The notes under the pieces were generated by a model. It was given only the letters and a program-made list of their open reading frames with translations, made no database searches and had not been told where the DNA came from. From Verrucomicrobiota bacterium (GTDB lineage: Bacteria > Verrucomicrobiota > Verrucomicrobiia > Verrucomicrobiales > DEV007): a stretch of DNA of 64,000 nucleotides. Within the stretch, counting starts at the first letter, position 1. Every line of letters begins with the position of its first letter. Position numbers and translations under genes: made by a program. Positions 18,965 to 28,538 of the stretch are shown here, piece by piece. The stretch lies in assembly GCA_045046875.1 (NCBI GenBank), contig JASFYY010000038.1, positions 20,553-84,552 on the forward strand, read 5' to 3'.

Positions 18965-20215
18965 TTAGTTTTTACTTTCAGTGAGATTAGATTTTCCTGA
19001 ATCATCCATCAGAGCTTCGATATCTGCTTGCGAGCTTAATAACTTAAATAATTTATCCTGATACATAAGCCAAGCAGCAGTCGTCGTGCGCTGCGTATCC
19101 AACAAATCAGTGAGAGTGAATCGCCCTTCGATAAAACCTTTATTTGCCAAACTAACTGCTTCGTCCGCTTTAGGCAGAATTCGGTCACGATAAGCCTCCA
19201 CCTGGCGGACAGCAGCGACATAACGCTGATAAGAAGAACGCAGCTGGGTAGTCAAGGCCAACTCAACCTCTTTCAACTCGCTTTGAGCTATTTTAAGGTT
19301 CGCACCCGCCTCCTGAACCAAGCCTTTCCTATTATTAATAAGTGGAAGTGGCAAAGAGAAAAATAAGCCGAAAATATTTTCATTCGAAGTCCCGTCACGC
19401 CCCGCTAGGAAACGAGTGGTGAGGTTGGGCATCTTCTCCAACTGGGCACGTTTAAGCGACAAATCCGCCCGATCAATGGATGCTCTGGCTGCAGCAATCT
19501 GCGGATGCTCCAGGATCACACTTCGTTGTTTGACTTGCTTGATTAAGCTGTGGTTAATAAAACCATTGAGATCACCTCCAATGTTCGCATCCACCAAAGC
19601 GACATTGCCAATCAAAGCCGCAAGCTTTTGCCGAGCCGTTACACTCATCTGACGCGCTCCTTCAAGCTCAATCGCCGCACGTTCAGTTTCTATTTCTGCG
19701 CGCAACAGTTCCTGCACTGAAGCCCGCCCCGCATCCAATCGTTTAGTGACGGATTGTGAAGAATTCTGCGTGAGTTTCAAAATTTCACCAGCAAGAGCGT
19801 AGCGACGTTTATTTACCAATACTTCATAAAAATTCAGCTTAACATCCCTGATCAGCAATACCTTGGCTGACAATAAATTGTGATTAGAAAGCACTACAGC
19901 AGCTTTCCCTATTTCGCGATCCAAGCGTTTTTTTCCAGGAAAAGGGATCTCTTGTTTTAAACCTGCCTGCATCTGCCCTCGCCCGACGCCCCCTCTGAAA
20001 GGAGCCTCTCCTGCCATCAATATCAATTTGGGGTTCTCCCACTTCGATGAGTCAATCCGCCGACCATCCGCAGCATTGATGTTTTGACGACTCATTTCAA
20101 AGCCAGGGTTCTGCGCAATCGCAAGATCAATAGCACGCTGTAGGGTCAAAGGCTCTTCAGCCAAAGAACTGAGCAAAGTTAATGTGAGAATAAATAATGT
20201 GAGAAATATACGCAT
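18965..20215 (-). CDS. czcC: TolC family outer membrane efflux protein (CzcC-like)
   Basis: Signal peptide; LTLQRAIDLAIAQNP, QEIPFPGK, HPQIAAA, SLPLPL, GRFTLTDLLDTQR; first structural gene of the CBA operon. Confidence 0.85.
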   Translation of the reverse strand: MRIFLTLFILTLTLLSSLAEEPLTLQRAIDLAIAQNPGFEMSRQNINAADGRRIDSSKWENPKLILMAGEAPFRGGVGRGQMQAGLKQEIPFPGKKRLDREIGKAAVVLSNHNLLSAKVLLIRDVKLNFYEVLVNKRRYALAGEILKLTQNSSQSVTKRLDAGRASVQELLRAEIETERAAIELEGARQMSVTARQKLAALIGNVALVDANIGGDLNGFINHSLIKQVKQRSVILEHPQIAAARASIDRADLSLKRAQLEKMPNLTTRFLAGRDGTSNENIFGLFFSLPLPLINNRKGLVQEAGANLKIAQSELKEVELALTTQLRSSYQRYVAAVRQVEAYRDRILPKADEAVSLANKGFIEGRFTLTDLLDTQRTTTAAWLMYQDKLFKLLSSQADIEALMDDSGKSNLTESKN

Positions 20216-20306
20216 GATAAAAAATTAATTCAGAAAAGAGCCACTGCTTCCAAGGCGCAGCTTTGCGCCTCATAGAAACAATTAAAACCTGTGAAACAGG
20301 TGATAA

Positions 20307-20705
20307 TCAGGCGATAGCAGGTCCTCTCACCGGGAATCCAGTGCGCACCAATACTTCACACAGCAGCGGCAATATTTGCTCTTCCGCTTTTTTGCAGGAA
20401 GAAATTTCAGCCAACTCTGCCTCGGGTAAAATCAAACTCAATGAGAAAAAATCAGCTAGCTCCTTACCAAAATCGTCCGCCAAGGGCAGCAACGACAATG
20501 AAGTGATTGTAAGCGCCCCTCCTATACGAGCAAAGTCGCAAAGCTCACAATTTTCTTCGTCAGAGCCAGACTTTTCGCCCGCTAACCCACCGTCAACTAC
20601 TTGAACAAGACTTGCGTGTTCAACCTCCCCCCACTGCTCGACCGAGCAATGAAAAAAACATCCCACCCACATGAGTAGAACCAAAACTGTGATAAGTTTT
20701 TTCAC
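20307..20705 (-). CDS. Small exported Cys/His-containing hypothetical protein leading the czcCBA cluster
   Basis: Hydrophobic N-terminus with CFFHC, CELC motif, C-terminal RGPA; position typical of CzcI-like leaders. Confidence 0.65.
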   Translation of the reverse strand: MKKLITVLVLLMWVGCFFHCSVEQWGEVEHASLVQVVDGGLAGEKSGSDEENCELCDFARIGGALTITSLSLLPLADDFGKELADFFSLSLILPEAELAEISSCKKAEEQILPLLCEVLVRTGFPVRGPAIA

Positions 20706-20711
20706 TTGGCA

Positions 20712-20740
20712 AGGCTAAACACACACCACAAGTATGTCAA
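20712..20740 (-). promoter_or_regulatory. Putative sigma70 promoter (leaderless) of the czc cluster
   Basis: Minus strand TTGACA-17 bp-TAGCCT-6 nt-GTG start at 20705. Confidence 0.65.
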
Positions 20741-20749
20741 GCCAGCGCT

Positions 20750-21649
20750 CTACGTTTTCCTCATCGCCTGACTAAGCGCATCTCCCAAATCCTCATAATC
20801 CCAATCAAAACCCTGCTGCTTCAACACCTCCGGAACCACCCGTTCACTGAACAATAACATTTCCGACATACCTCCTAAAACCAATTTGAGCAAGGGAGCT
20901 GGCGCCCAGGCAATCGCCGGCCGTTTGACCTGACGGGCCAATACCCGGGTGAACTCACTATTACTAAGCGACTTTGGTGCACAAAAATTAACCGCACCCT
21001 CCAGCGCTGTTTGTTCGATGGCATATAAAAACATCCTCGCCACATCGTCTACATGCACCCAGGGCATCCACTGTTTACCCGAACCCAATCGCCCGCCCAA
21101 GCCAAGTCGAAACAACTTGCGCAGCAACGGTGCCGCACCACCTCCAGCCCCCAATGCCATACCCACCCGCCCACACACCACGCGAATCCCATCATCCTGT
21201 GCCTGCATTGCTGCAGACTCCCAGACCTGAGTGACTTCAGCCAGAAAACCCCTTCCCAGTTCGCTCTCTTCGGTCAAAACTTCATCCGCCCGATCACCGT
21301 AAAATCCCGTGCCCGAAGCGCACACAAATACCTGCGGCGCCCGCTCACTATCTTTCATCGCCTTCACCAAACCTTGTGTTCCCAACAAACGGCTGGAACG
21401 AATCTGTTGTTTTTTAGCCGCCGTCCAGATCCCCAAAACCGATTCGCCGGCCAGGTGAACCAGCGCATCCAAACCACTCACGTCAGTCTGCTCTGCTAAT
21501 TCTGGAGAAAAATGCCGCAGCTCATGTCCCGGTGAAAAGACCTCATCGACATTGCGAGTATAGAGCACCGCTTCATGCCCCTTTTCGACCAACAAAGCCG
21601 TCAGCCTTTTGCCTATCAATCCCCTCGCGCCAGTGATTCCTATTTTCAA
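20750..21649 (-). CDS. TIGR01777/YfcH family NAD-dependent epimerase-like oxidoreductase
   Basis: ITGARGLIG, VHLAGE, IRSSR, ASGTGFYG, GGRLGSGKQWMPWVHVDD. Confidence 0.92.
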   Translation of the reverse strand: MKIGITGARGLIGKRLTALLVEKGHEAVLYTRNVDEVFSPGHELRHFSPELAEQTDVSGLDALVHLAGESVLGIWTAAKKQQIRSSRLLGTQGLVKAMKDSERAPQVFVCASGTGFYGDRADEVLTEESELGRGFLAEVTQVWESAAMQAQDDGIRVVCGRVGMALGAGGGAAPLLRKLFRLGLGGRLGSGKQWMPWVHVDDVARMFLYAIEQTALEGAVNFCAPKSLSNSEFTRVLARQVKRPAIAWAPAPLLKLVLGGMSEMLLFSERVVPEVLKQQGFDWDYEDLGDALSQAMRKT

Positions 21650-21676
21650 TTTCAGTCAATGATTAAATTTCACTCG

Positions 21677-23122
21677 TCAAGCCCCCTGTGCTCCGCCCTC
21701 TTCCAAATCATCGCTTTCCTCTTTAACTACACGCAGAAACTGCACTTCCCGCACGCTGCGTTCATCCGCTTCGGTGACCGTCACTTGATAATCTTCCACC
21801 TGCAAAACTTCTCCCTTTTCCAGCAAACGCCCCGCCACATGAGTCACATAACCCCCCACCGTACTCACATCAGGACTCTCCAGATCAAGATCGGTCTGCA
21901 CCGCTAGTTCGTGCAGTGGATAGGTTCCGTGAACCACAAACTCATCATCGCTCAAACGCCGGAACTCCTGATCTTCCTCATCAAACTCATCCTGGATCTC
22001 CCCCACCAGTTTTTCCAGCACATCATCGAGCATGACCAAACCCAAAGCACCGCCAAACTCATCCACCACCAAAGCCAAATGGGCATGTTTTTTTAAAAAA
22101 GTCTTTAACAACACATCCAGCTTCATCAACTCCGGCACTGGAAAAATATCGCGTTTGATCGCCATCAGATCCGCATCCTTCTCCCTCACCTGCCCCAGCA
22201 AATCCTTGATATGAATCAAACCAATCGCGTGATCGAGATGCCCCTCTTTCACCAAGGGAAAACGAGTGTGTTTCGTTTCCAAGGCCAGTTCCAGGTTCTG
22301 CTCGAAACTCTTCTCAACATCAAGCGTCACCACCTCGTTACGAGGAGTCATGATATCCCGCACGCTCAAATCATTCAAAGCCAACGCATTGATCAAAATC
22401 GCTCGCTCGGTATCCGTCACATCATCGGCTTTTTCCGTCTCTTCCACCAGGATGCGTATCTCTTCAGCGCTATGGACCAGTTCATGCGCCGGCACCACAT
22501 CGATTTTAAAGATCGCCTTCATCAGCCATTTTGCCGAGGTATTCAGCAACCAGATCGGCAGTTTAAACACCCGGTAAAAAAATGCCAGGGGTCGAACCAC
22601 CCACAGCGAAGTCGGCACCGACTTCCTTATCGCCAGCGATTTGGGCATCTGCTCACCCACCACCACGTGCATGAAAGTAATAAACGAAAAAGCTAGAAAA
22701 AACGATAGCCCTGTCACCCAACTCTCGGCAACCCCCATCTTGAACAACAAGGGCTGCACCAGCTTACTGACAAAAGGTTCACCCACCCAGCCCAAAGCCA
22801 GACTCGCCAATGTGATCCCCAACTGACATGCTGATAAATAAGCGTCCAGGTGCTCACTGGAAGCCATGTGCCGAGCCAGTTTAGCCCCGCCTTTATCATC
22901 CTCTATCAAGGTATCCAATTGACTGGTGCGGACTTTGACCAAAGCAAATTCTGCGGCCACAAAAAAGCCATTCAGCAGAATGAAAAACAATACCAATAAC
23001 AGACGGCCCGACGCACCGCCCCAACCCAGCGTCCACTCACGGGACAAACCCGACTCATGACCCACCACCGCCAATAACAAAGGGCCTGAAAACAATCCAT
23101 CTATGACTGCGGTCATCACCAC
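21677..23122 (-). CDS. Hemolysin family CNNM/CBS/CorC protein (Mg/Co transport-related)
   Basis: LNGFFVAAEFALV, CQLGITLASLALGWVGEP, VGEQMPK, IMTPR, HTRFP, VVDEFGG, GEIQDEFD; exact start uncertain. Confidence 0.92.
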   Translation of the reverse strand: MVMTAVIDGLFSGPLLLAVVGHESGLSREWTLGWGGASGRLLLVLFFILLNGFFVAAEFALVKVRTSQLDTLIEDDKGGAKLARHMASSEHLDAYLSACQLGITLASLALGWVGEPFVSKLVQPLLFKMGVAESWVTGLSFFLAFSFITFMHVVVGEQMPKSLAIRKSVPTSLWVVRPLAFFYRVFKLPIWLLNTSAKWLMKAIFKIDVVPAHELVHSAEEIRILVEETEKADDVTDTERAILINALALNDLSVRDIMTPRNEVVTLDVEKSFEQNLELALETKHTRFPLVKEGHLDHAIGLIHIKDLLGQVREKDADLMAIKRDIFPVPELMKLDVLLKTFLKKHAHLALVVDEFGGALGLVMLDDVLEKLVGEIQDEFDEEDQEFRRLSDDEFVVHGTYPLHELAVQTDLDLESPDVSTVGGYVTHVAGRLLEKGEVLQVEDYQVTVTEADERSVREVQFLRVVKEESDDLEEGGAQGA

Positions 23123-23240
23123 TCTCCCCTCCCCACGGTTTCATGAACGCACCAGACTGCCGTCCGCCTACTAAAAGGGTCAGGATCATCGTTCGAGGCA
23201 GCTTCTTTGGAATCAGCTACAGACTGTTCGAACAGCACGT

Positions 23241-23492
23241 TCATAATTTCTCATAAACCCCTTTGTCCCGCCTCTTCAGCACCGTAAACCCTGCGCTTTT
23301 TGCCGCGCTCACGGACAAAGGTTTATTGATCTTGGGAGTATTGATCTGGGTGATCAACTTCTTCACCGGATTACGGCAAAGCGGACATTTATCCAAGGGC
23401 GGGCGACTGAGAGGTCGCCTGAGTTCAAAACCCCGGGCACAATTCCGGCAGCCCTTGTCAGGCTCGATGGCGATGTATTCGTAGATGGGCAT
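23241..23492 (-). CDS. FmdB family zinc-ribbon protein
   Basis: MPIYEY...CRNC...FE...CPLC...VKKLI. Confidence 0.9.
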   Translation of the reverse strand: MPIYEYIAIEPDKGCRNCARGFELRRPLSRPPLDKCPLCRNPVKKLITQINTPKINKPLSVSAAKSAGFTVLKRRDKGVYEKL

Positions 23493-23618
23493 AAATGCTT
23501 CTGCGAAAATCGCGTCGCCAAGCCCAGCTTGGCAACACTTATTTTCGACTCAGTTGGATTCAACCAAGTCTATCTGATTTGTGGCGGGATGTCCACGCCA
23601 AGCATCAAAAAATAATAA

Positions 23619-23888
23619 CTACCAGCTGGATTTTGTCACCCCGGGGATGAGTCCATGGGAAGCCATTTCGCGAAAAGCGATACGCGACATTTTAAAGCGG
23701 CGAAGATAACCGTGACGACGACCAGTCACTTTACAGCGATTGGTTGTGCGGGTCTTGCTAGCGTCTCTTGGTAACATGGATAAACCCACGTAATCACCTT
23801 TAGCTTTCAGCTCCTCACGAAGCTTAGCGTATTTCTCCACAGTGCGTCTTTTACGCGCGTCTCTTTCTATCCAGCATTTTTTAGCCAT
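23619..23888 (-). CDS. rpsN: 30S ribosomal protein S14 (89 aa, zinc-independent form)
   Basis: MAKK...[17 protein letters not shown]...[21 protein letters not shown]. Confidence 0.97.
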   Translation of the reverse strand: MAKKCWIERDARKRRTVEKYAKLREELKAKGDYVGLSMLPRDASKTRTTNRCKVTGRRHGYLRRFKMSRIAFREMASHGLIPGVTKSSW

Positions 23889-24037
23889 ATCTGTTTCAGG
23901 TTTAAGCCAGAACCAACAGGTTGCAAGTGGATTTTCCTCAAAATAAGCGGAATTTTCAATCCCCACCACCACTCTAGACTGGCAATACTGCATTTTCGCT
24001 ATTGATTCTCCGCTTTAAAAAAGCCACCTTAACAATA

Positions 24038-24829
24038 ATGAAAACGTTTTCTTCTCAATTTTTCCCCACCCGCGCTTTATCCTTGCGCTCATTCAGAATC
24101 ATTTCCGCCTTGTTTTTACTGGGCTCCAGCCTCATCCCAAGTTACGCCAAACCTCTCGCAGATTACGGGAAAACCCCCTCCAATGGCGATGACTGGCTCA
24201 CTTTCTATTACCGCAACCCGCGTCCGGATCAATTGATTCCCCAGCTCAAAGCCTGGAGTTCGGAAGGCACCTTGCAGGATCAAAACGCACGCGGCCCCTT
24301 GCTCGGTTTTCTCAGTGCAGTTTTCCGACAAAATGCCGACCAGCTCGAAAACTGGTATCAGCAAACCCTGTCCCTGCCAGCCAAAGACCAGGAGCTCATC
24401 AATATGGCGATTTGGATTTCCAATAGCAAAAAAAGCCAACAGTTGCTGAAAAAAGAACTGCCCCAGGCCTTTGCCGACAAAACCCCACCCGACATACTCA
24501 CCCTCAAACTGGATTCCACCTCTGCTCTCGATTTGCTCTGGGGATATTATTTTGCCACCGGCGACAGCAAGGCCCTGCTTCGCATCGCCCGCATGTTCCG
24601 TTACGCCGATGCACCCAAAAAAGTAGCTGGCATCCCTGATGGCCGAACCCCGCTATACACCATTTTACCCAAAGCGGCCAAGTGGTCGATCTCCAGCAAT
24701 GCGCAACAGCACCCCAAGGTTCTCGAGGATTACAAAAAAATGCTCGCCTCGGATCAACTCAACGATACCGAAAAAAAGTGGCTCGACGAAAGTCTGAAGC
24801 AAGCTGAAAATCCACCCAAACAGCCCTGA
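24038..24829 (+). CDS. Exported hypothetical protein
   Basis: Signal-like N-terminus; WLTFYYRNPRP, LDLLWGYYFATGD, AKWSISSNAQQHPKV. Confidence 0.75.
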   Translation: MKTFSSQFFPTRALSLRSFRIISALFLLGSSLIPSYAKPLADYGKTPSNGDDWLTFYYRNPRPDQLIPQLKAWSSEGTLQDQNARGPLLGFLSAVFRQNADQLENWYQQTLSLPAKDQELINMAIWISNSKKSQQLLKKELPQAFADKTPPDILTLKLDSTSALDLLWGYYFATGDSKALLRIARMFRYADAPKKVAGIPDGRTPLYTILPKAAKWSISSNAQQHPKVLEDYKKMLASDQLNDTEKKWLDESLKQAENPPKQP

Positions 24830-24864
24830 ACTGGTTGACGGTTGAAATCAAACCGTAAAAAATC

Positions 24865-25740
24865 TCAATCCTCACCAGCGAACACTTTTTCCAAAGCCGA
24901 GCGCATGATGTTGGCATCCGGACTTTTGCCCGTCCAGAATTGAATACCGATCACCCCTTGGCCCACCAGCATTTCCAGACCATCGATCACCCGACAGCCG
25001 CGCTGACGCGCCTCCCTCACCAGACAAGTTTCCGGCGGATTAGGAATGACATCCGCTACCACCATCGATGGCAACAGCGTATCCATGTCGATATCCAAAC
25101 GAGCCGCCACATCCGGATACAAGCCGATCGAAGTCGCGTTCACCACGATATCCGTCTGCTCAGGCAAAGAATAATCCCCCGCCCACTTCACCCAGTCCAC
25201 TTCCAAATCATGATCCAACACTTGCTGCACCTTACCTCTCAATAAATCCACCAAGTCCCTGCCGCGTTGCTCTCCGCGGTTGACCACCACGATCTTCTTC
25301 ACTCCGGCCACCGCCATCTCCACACTGATCGCCCGCGCCGCGCCGCCCGCGCCGAACAGCACCATCGTTTTGCCTTTGGGATCCTCGATCTGACTAAGCG
25401 CCGCGACAAAACCCTTACCGTCGGTGTTTTCCCCAATCAAACGTCCCTCACGCAGCACCACGCAATTCACCGCCCCCATCAACTCCGCCGATTCCCCCAG
25501 GCCATCCAGATATTTGATCACCTCTATTTTGTGCGGAATGGTGCAGTTGAACCCTTGAAAAGCAAAAGCCCGCGCCCCCTCAACCGCCCGCTCCAGGTCC
25601 TCCTCCTTGACCTCCAAGGTCAAATAACGCCAATCCAGACCCAAAGCCTCAAAAGCAGGCTCGATCATCGCCTGAGTCGGATTTTCCGCCACCGGAAAAC
25701 CAAAACAACCGACCAGTTCTTGTTTAAAATTCAGTTCCAT
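24865..25740 (-). CDS. aroE: Shikimate dehydrogenase
   Basis: GFNCTIPHK, GAVNC, GENTDGKGF, GAGGAARA, NATSIG, DGLEMLVGQG. Confidence 0.92.
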   Translation of the reverse strand: MELNFKQELVGCFGFPVAENPTQAMIEPAFEALGLDWRYLTLEVKEEDLERAVEGARAFAFQGFNCTIPHKIEVIKYLDGLGESAELMGAVNCVVLREGRLIGENTDGKGFVAALSQIEDPKGKTMVLFGAGGAARAISVEMAVAGVKKIVVVNRGEQRGRDLVDLLRGKVQQVLDHDLEVDWVKWAGDYSLPEQTDIVVNATSIGLYPDVAARLDIDMDTLLPSMVVADVIPNPPETCLVREARQRGCRVIDGLEMLVGQGVIGIQFWTGKSPDANIMRSALEKVFAGED

Positions 25741-25777
25741 TTTATTACAAATTCTTAAATTGCAAGAGTCTCAGCTC

Positions 25778-26431
25778 TTATTTTCCAGCCACTCCACCGG
25801 TAATTCGCTTAATAGCATCCGAAGCAGGGATCGCTCCTTCCTCCCAACCATTTTTTTCTAAATCCACATCTTCAAGGTTTTTATCCTTATCGGTGATTCT
25901 CACCAGATTTGCCATGCGTGGATTTGAAAACTCTCCATAGAGCATCAGCTTTTTTTCAAAAATCCTAAAATAAAGCATACTGGATCTAATATACGATTTC
26001 TGCTCCTCTCCAGATTGAACCTTAGAAGAAAAAGGGTTGCCAAGATTCTCTATCCACGAGTACACCACACGATAGCCCCCCTTGTCACCACTCTTTTCAA
26101 TGGCGAGAAAAACCGGCCATTCATCATCCCACTTGCCTCCCCATAATCCCTCAATGGACACAGGTTTCTCCTCCTTCTTACTCTGCCTCTGCTCCTTAAT
26201 CCACAACTGGTCTTCATCACTAAGATTGCTCACCTTCAACAAAAACATTCTTCCATCCGAAGTCCGTTTGATACGAATACGCCCCTCTGACTCCGATATG
26301 AATTCCGCCTTAAGCTCTTTACCTTGACTATTCTTGAAGACACGGAGTTCTCCACTAAATCCAAAATTCAAGCTGGCCGCAAATACACCAAGAATAGAAA
26401 AAAATCGCACTGCAAGGAAGTAGGAGTTCAT
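25778..26431 (-). CDS. Exported SHD1-domain hypothetical protein
   Basis: Signal peptide then RVFKNSQGKELKAEF...LSDEDQLWI. Confidence 0.7.
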   Translation of the reverse strand: MNSYFLAVRFFSILGVFAASLNFGFSGELRVFKNSQGKELKAEFISESEGRIRIKRTSDGRMFLLKVSNLSDEDQLWIKEQRQSKKEEKPVSIEGLWGGKWDDEWPVFLAIEKSGDKGGYRVVYSWIENLGNPFSSKVQSGEEQKSYIRSSMLYFRIFEKKLMLYGEFSNPRMANLVRITDKDKNLEDVDLEKNGWEEGAIPASDAIKRITGGVAGK

Positions 26432-26513
26432 GTGGAGAACAGCATTTAATACCATTAGGCTTATTTTTCAAAGAAGAAAACAGCTATGCTGCTGCTCTCC
26501 GACTTAACCAGCT

Positions 26514-27614
26514 TCAATTCTCAATCGACCAGGTCAACTGCAGATCCATTCCCACAGGGAGAGGCACCACCGGACCCTCCTCGCTCTCAAACACCGCCAC
26601 CTGCGATGGCGCCTTGCTGAGAGTGAACGTATCTTCCGATGACGCAAAACCATAAAACGTGGGGCCATTGGTGGAAAGAAAACTTTCAAAAACCGCGCAA
26701 CCGGAATCTGTATCAAAATCCACTCCCGCTTGCTCAAAAGCCATCGCATACAATTGCGGCGCGCAAGCTCCAGTGTAACAACCCGCCGCACAACCACAGT
26801 CAAGCACCTTGCTGGTATGCGGCGCACTGTCCGTGCCAGCAAAAAACTTATTCTGTCCCACCTGGGTGACCGCCACCCGCAACGCCTCCCGGTCCGCATC
26901 GAACTTCACCAAAGGCAAACAGTAGAGATGGTATTTCAAGCCCTGGATCAAATCCCCTACCGTATACAATAAATGCTGCGGAGTAACCGTTGCCGCAACC
27001 CGCTCAGGTGCCTGGGCCACAAAGTCCACTGCCACCGACGTGGTGATGTGTTCACAGACCAACCGCAAGCGCGGATGAGCCTCCAGGATAGCTGGTAGCT
27101 TTTCATTATAAAAAACCGACTCGGCACTCTGTTGCGCGTCAAAATAATCCGCTCCGACCAAGCCATGTTGCTCTCCGTGGATACAAAGCACCACCCCATA
27201 ATCCTCCATTGCCCGGAAAACGTCACCGCCAATCCATTCATCCATGGCCACGCCATGCTCGGCATTGGTAGTGCCATGTGGCGGATAATATTTGGCCGCC
27301 TGCAACAAACCCGACCCAGCCCCTTCAGCGATCATCTCCGCAGTGGTATCATCCGTCAGATAAAGAGGAGTGATCAATTGATCAAACACATCGGCTCCAG
27401 CAGCCAACAATTCTGCCCGGTAGGATTCAATCGAACAAGCGTCTTCCGATCCCTTCCCCGTAATTTGTGAAACCGGAGGCCGGGTATTTGGCATCGCCAA
27501 AGCCCCGGCGCACCCCATCGCCAGATGGTCCGCGATATATTGATTCACATTTTTTCCCTGCCGGAAGTGCGTATGCAAATCATACCATTTGGGAAGAGTA
27601 AAAGAAATAGCCAT
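26514..27614 (-). CDS. pyrC: Dihydroorotase (homodimeric, E. coli type)
   Basis: DLHTHFR, MPN, KYYPPHGTTN, IHGE, EHITT, YCLPLVK, GTDSAPH, GCAAG. Confidence 0.92.
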   Translation of the reverse strand: MAISFTLPKWYDLHTHFRQGKNVNQYIADHLAMGCAGALAMPNTRPPVSQITGKGSEDACSIESYRAELLAAGADVFDQLITPLYLTDDTTAEMIAEGAGSGLLQAAKYYPPHGTTNAEHGVAMDEWIGGDVFRAMEDYGVVLCIHGEQHGLVGADYFDAQQSAESVFYNEKLPAILEAHPRLRLVCEHITTSVAVDFVAQAPERVAATVTPQHLLYTVGDLIQGLKYHLYCLPLVKFDADREALRVAVTQVGQNKFFAGTDSAPHTSKVLDCGCAAGCYTGACAPQLYAMAFEQAGVDFDTDSGCAVFESFLSTNGPTFYGFASSEDTFTLSKAPSQVAVFESEEGPVVPLPVGMDLQLTWSIEN

Positions 27615-27706
27615 GATGATCAAAAAAGTCTGCCCGAAAGACTCATATCCTGCACCATGAATCAACCAGATTTATTATCGCAATCCCTATTCATAAATCC
27701 CATCAC

Positions 27707-27736
27707 AAAAAAGAGCCGCTATAAAAATAGCGGCTC
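27707..27736 (-). terminator. Rho-independent terminator downstream of the globin gene
   Basis: Minus strand gagccgctat-tttt-atagcggctc followed by T6. Confidence 0.8.
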
Positions 27737-27800
27737 CCTCATATTAGATCGATCTCCCCTGACCGCTATCACTAGCTCAATCAGAGGGATCACTCACACT

Positions 27801-28376
27801 TTAGCTCTTTTTTTTGTTCAGCACGTCATCTTTGGTGCTTGCGACCACTGCCATGACCTTGTCGATCAGTTCAGGTTTCACCTTCAACTCTTTCAAAGTC
27901 GCCAACAAGTGCTCGGCGATGGCTCCAAAATGCTCTTCGGTCAGTTCCATGTGGGCGTGGCCTTTGCGCATATCCATGCCCTTGTAGGGAATCGGTGATC
28001 CCAGTGCCGCAGAGAGGAATTCCTTCTGTTTGTTGTGCTGGCGTTTCATGTTCACGTCTTCAAAGAAGTAGTTCACCCGGTCATCCGCGAGGACTTTGGT
28101 GTAAAACAAATCCACCGCGGCATTGATGGCTGCTTTGCCTCCGATCTGGCTGTAAAGACTGGTAGTCACCTTTTCCTTGAACTCACCACGGCAATCTCCG
28201 CAGCAAAAGGCGTAAGTAACATCCTCGAATGCATAAGTGCATTTCGGATTCACCGCTTTGCCTTTGATCGGGCATTTTTCGTTCACCGCTGCGGCTTTTT
28301 TAGAGGTCTCACCAAAAGCGGTGAAAGTGATCGATGCGAAGATCAATGGAATAAGGAATGTAATCGTTTTTTTCAT
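27801..28376 (-). CDS. Exported group I truncated hemoglobin with N-terminal YHS/TRASH domain
   Basis: Signal peptide; CPIKGK...YAFCCGDC; SLYSQIGG, FY (B9-B10), RVNYFF, QHNKQ, proximal KGH, EEHF. Confidence 0.88.
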   Translation of the reverse strand: MKKTITFLIPLIFASITFTAFGETSKKAAAVNEKCPIKGKAVNPKCTYAFEDVTYAFCCGDCRGEFKEKVTTSLYSQIGGKAAINAAVDLFYTKVLADDRVNYFFEDVNMKRQHNKQKEFLSAALGSPIPYKGMDMRKGHAHMELTEEHFGAIAEHLLATLKELKVKPELIDKVMAVVASTKDDVLNKKKS

Positions 28377-28538
28377 ATAGTTTAGTTTGGTTTGGGAGGA
28401 ATTTTCATCCATGCCTCAATGCCTGTATAGACAACTGAATATCATGAACTCGTAAGACCGTCGACTTGAAGCCTGCGTTTGACTACGCATATTTTGCATC
28501 TCTCCACGCCTATCTTGCTATAAGCTACAAACCCCTTC

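Noticed and set aside
28493..28514. Possible sigma-54 promoter linking the NtrC-like regulator to the globin gene
   Set aside because: GG and GC on the minus strand are 11 nt apart rather than the required 10
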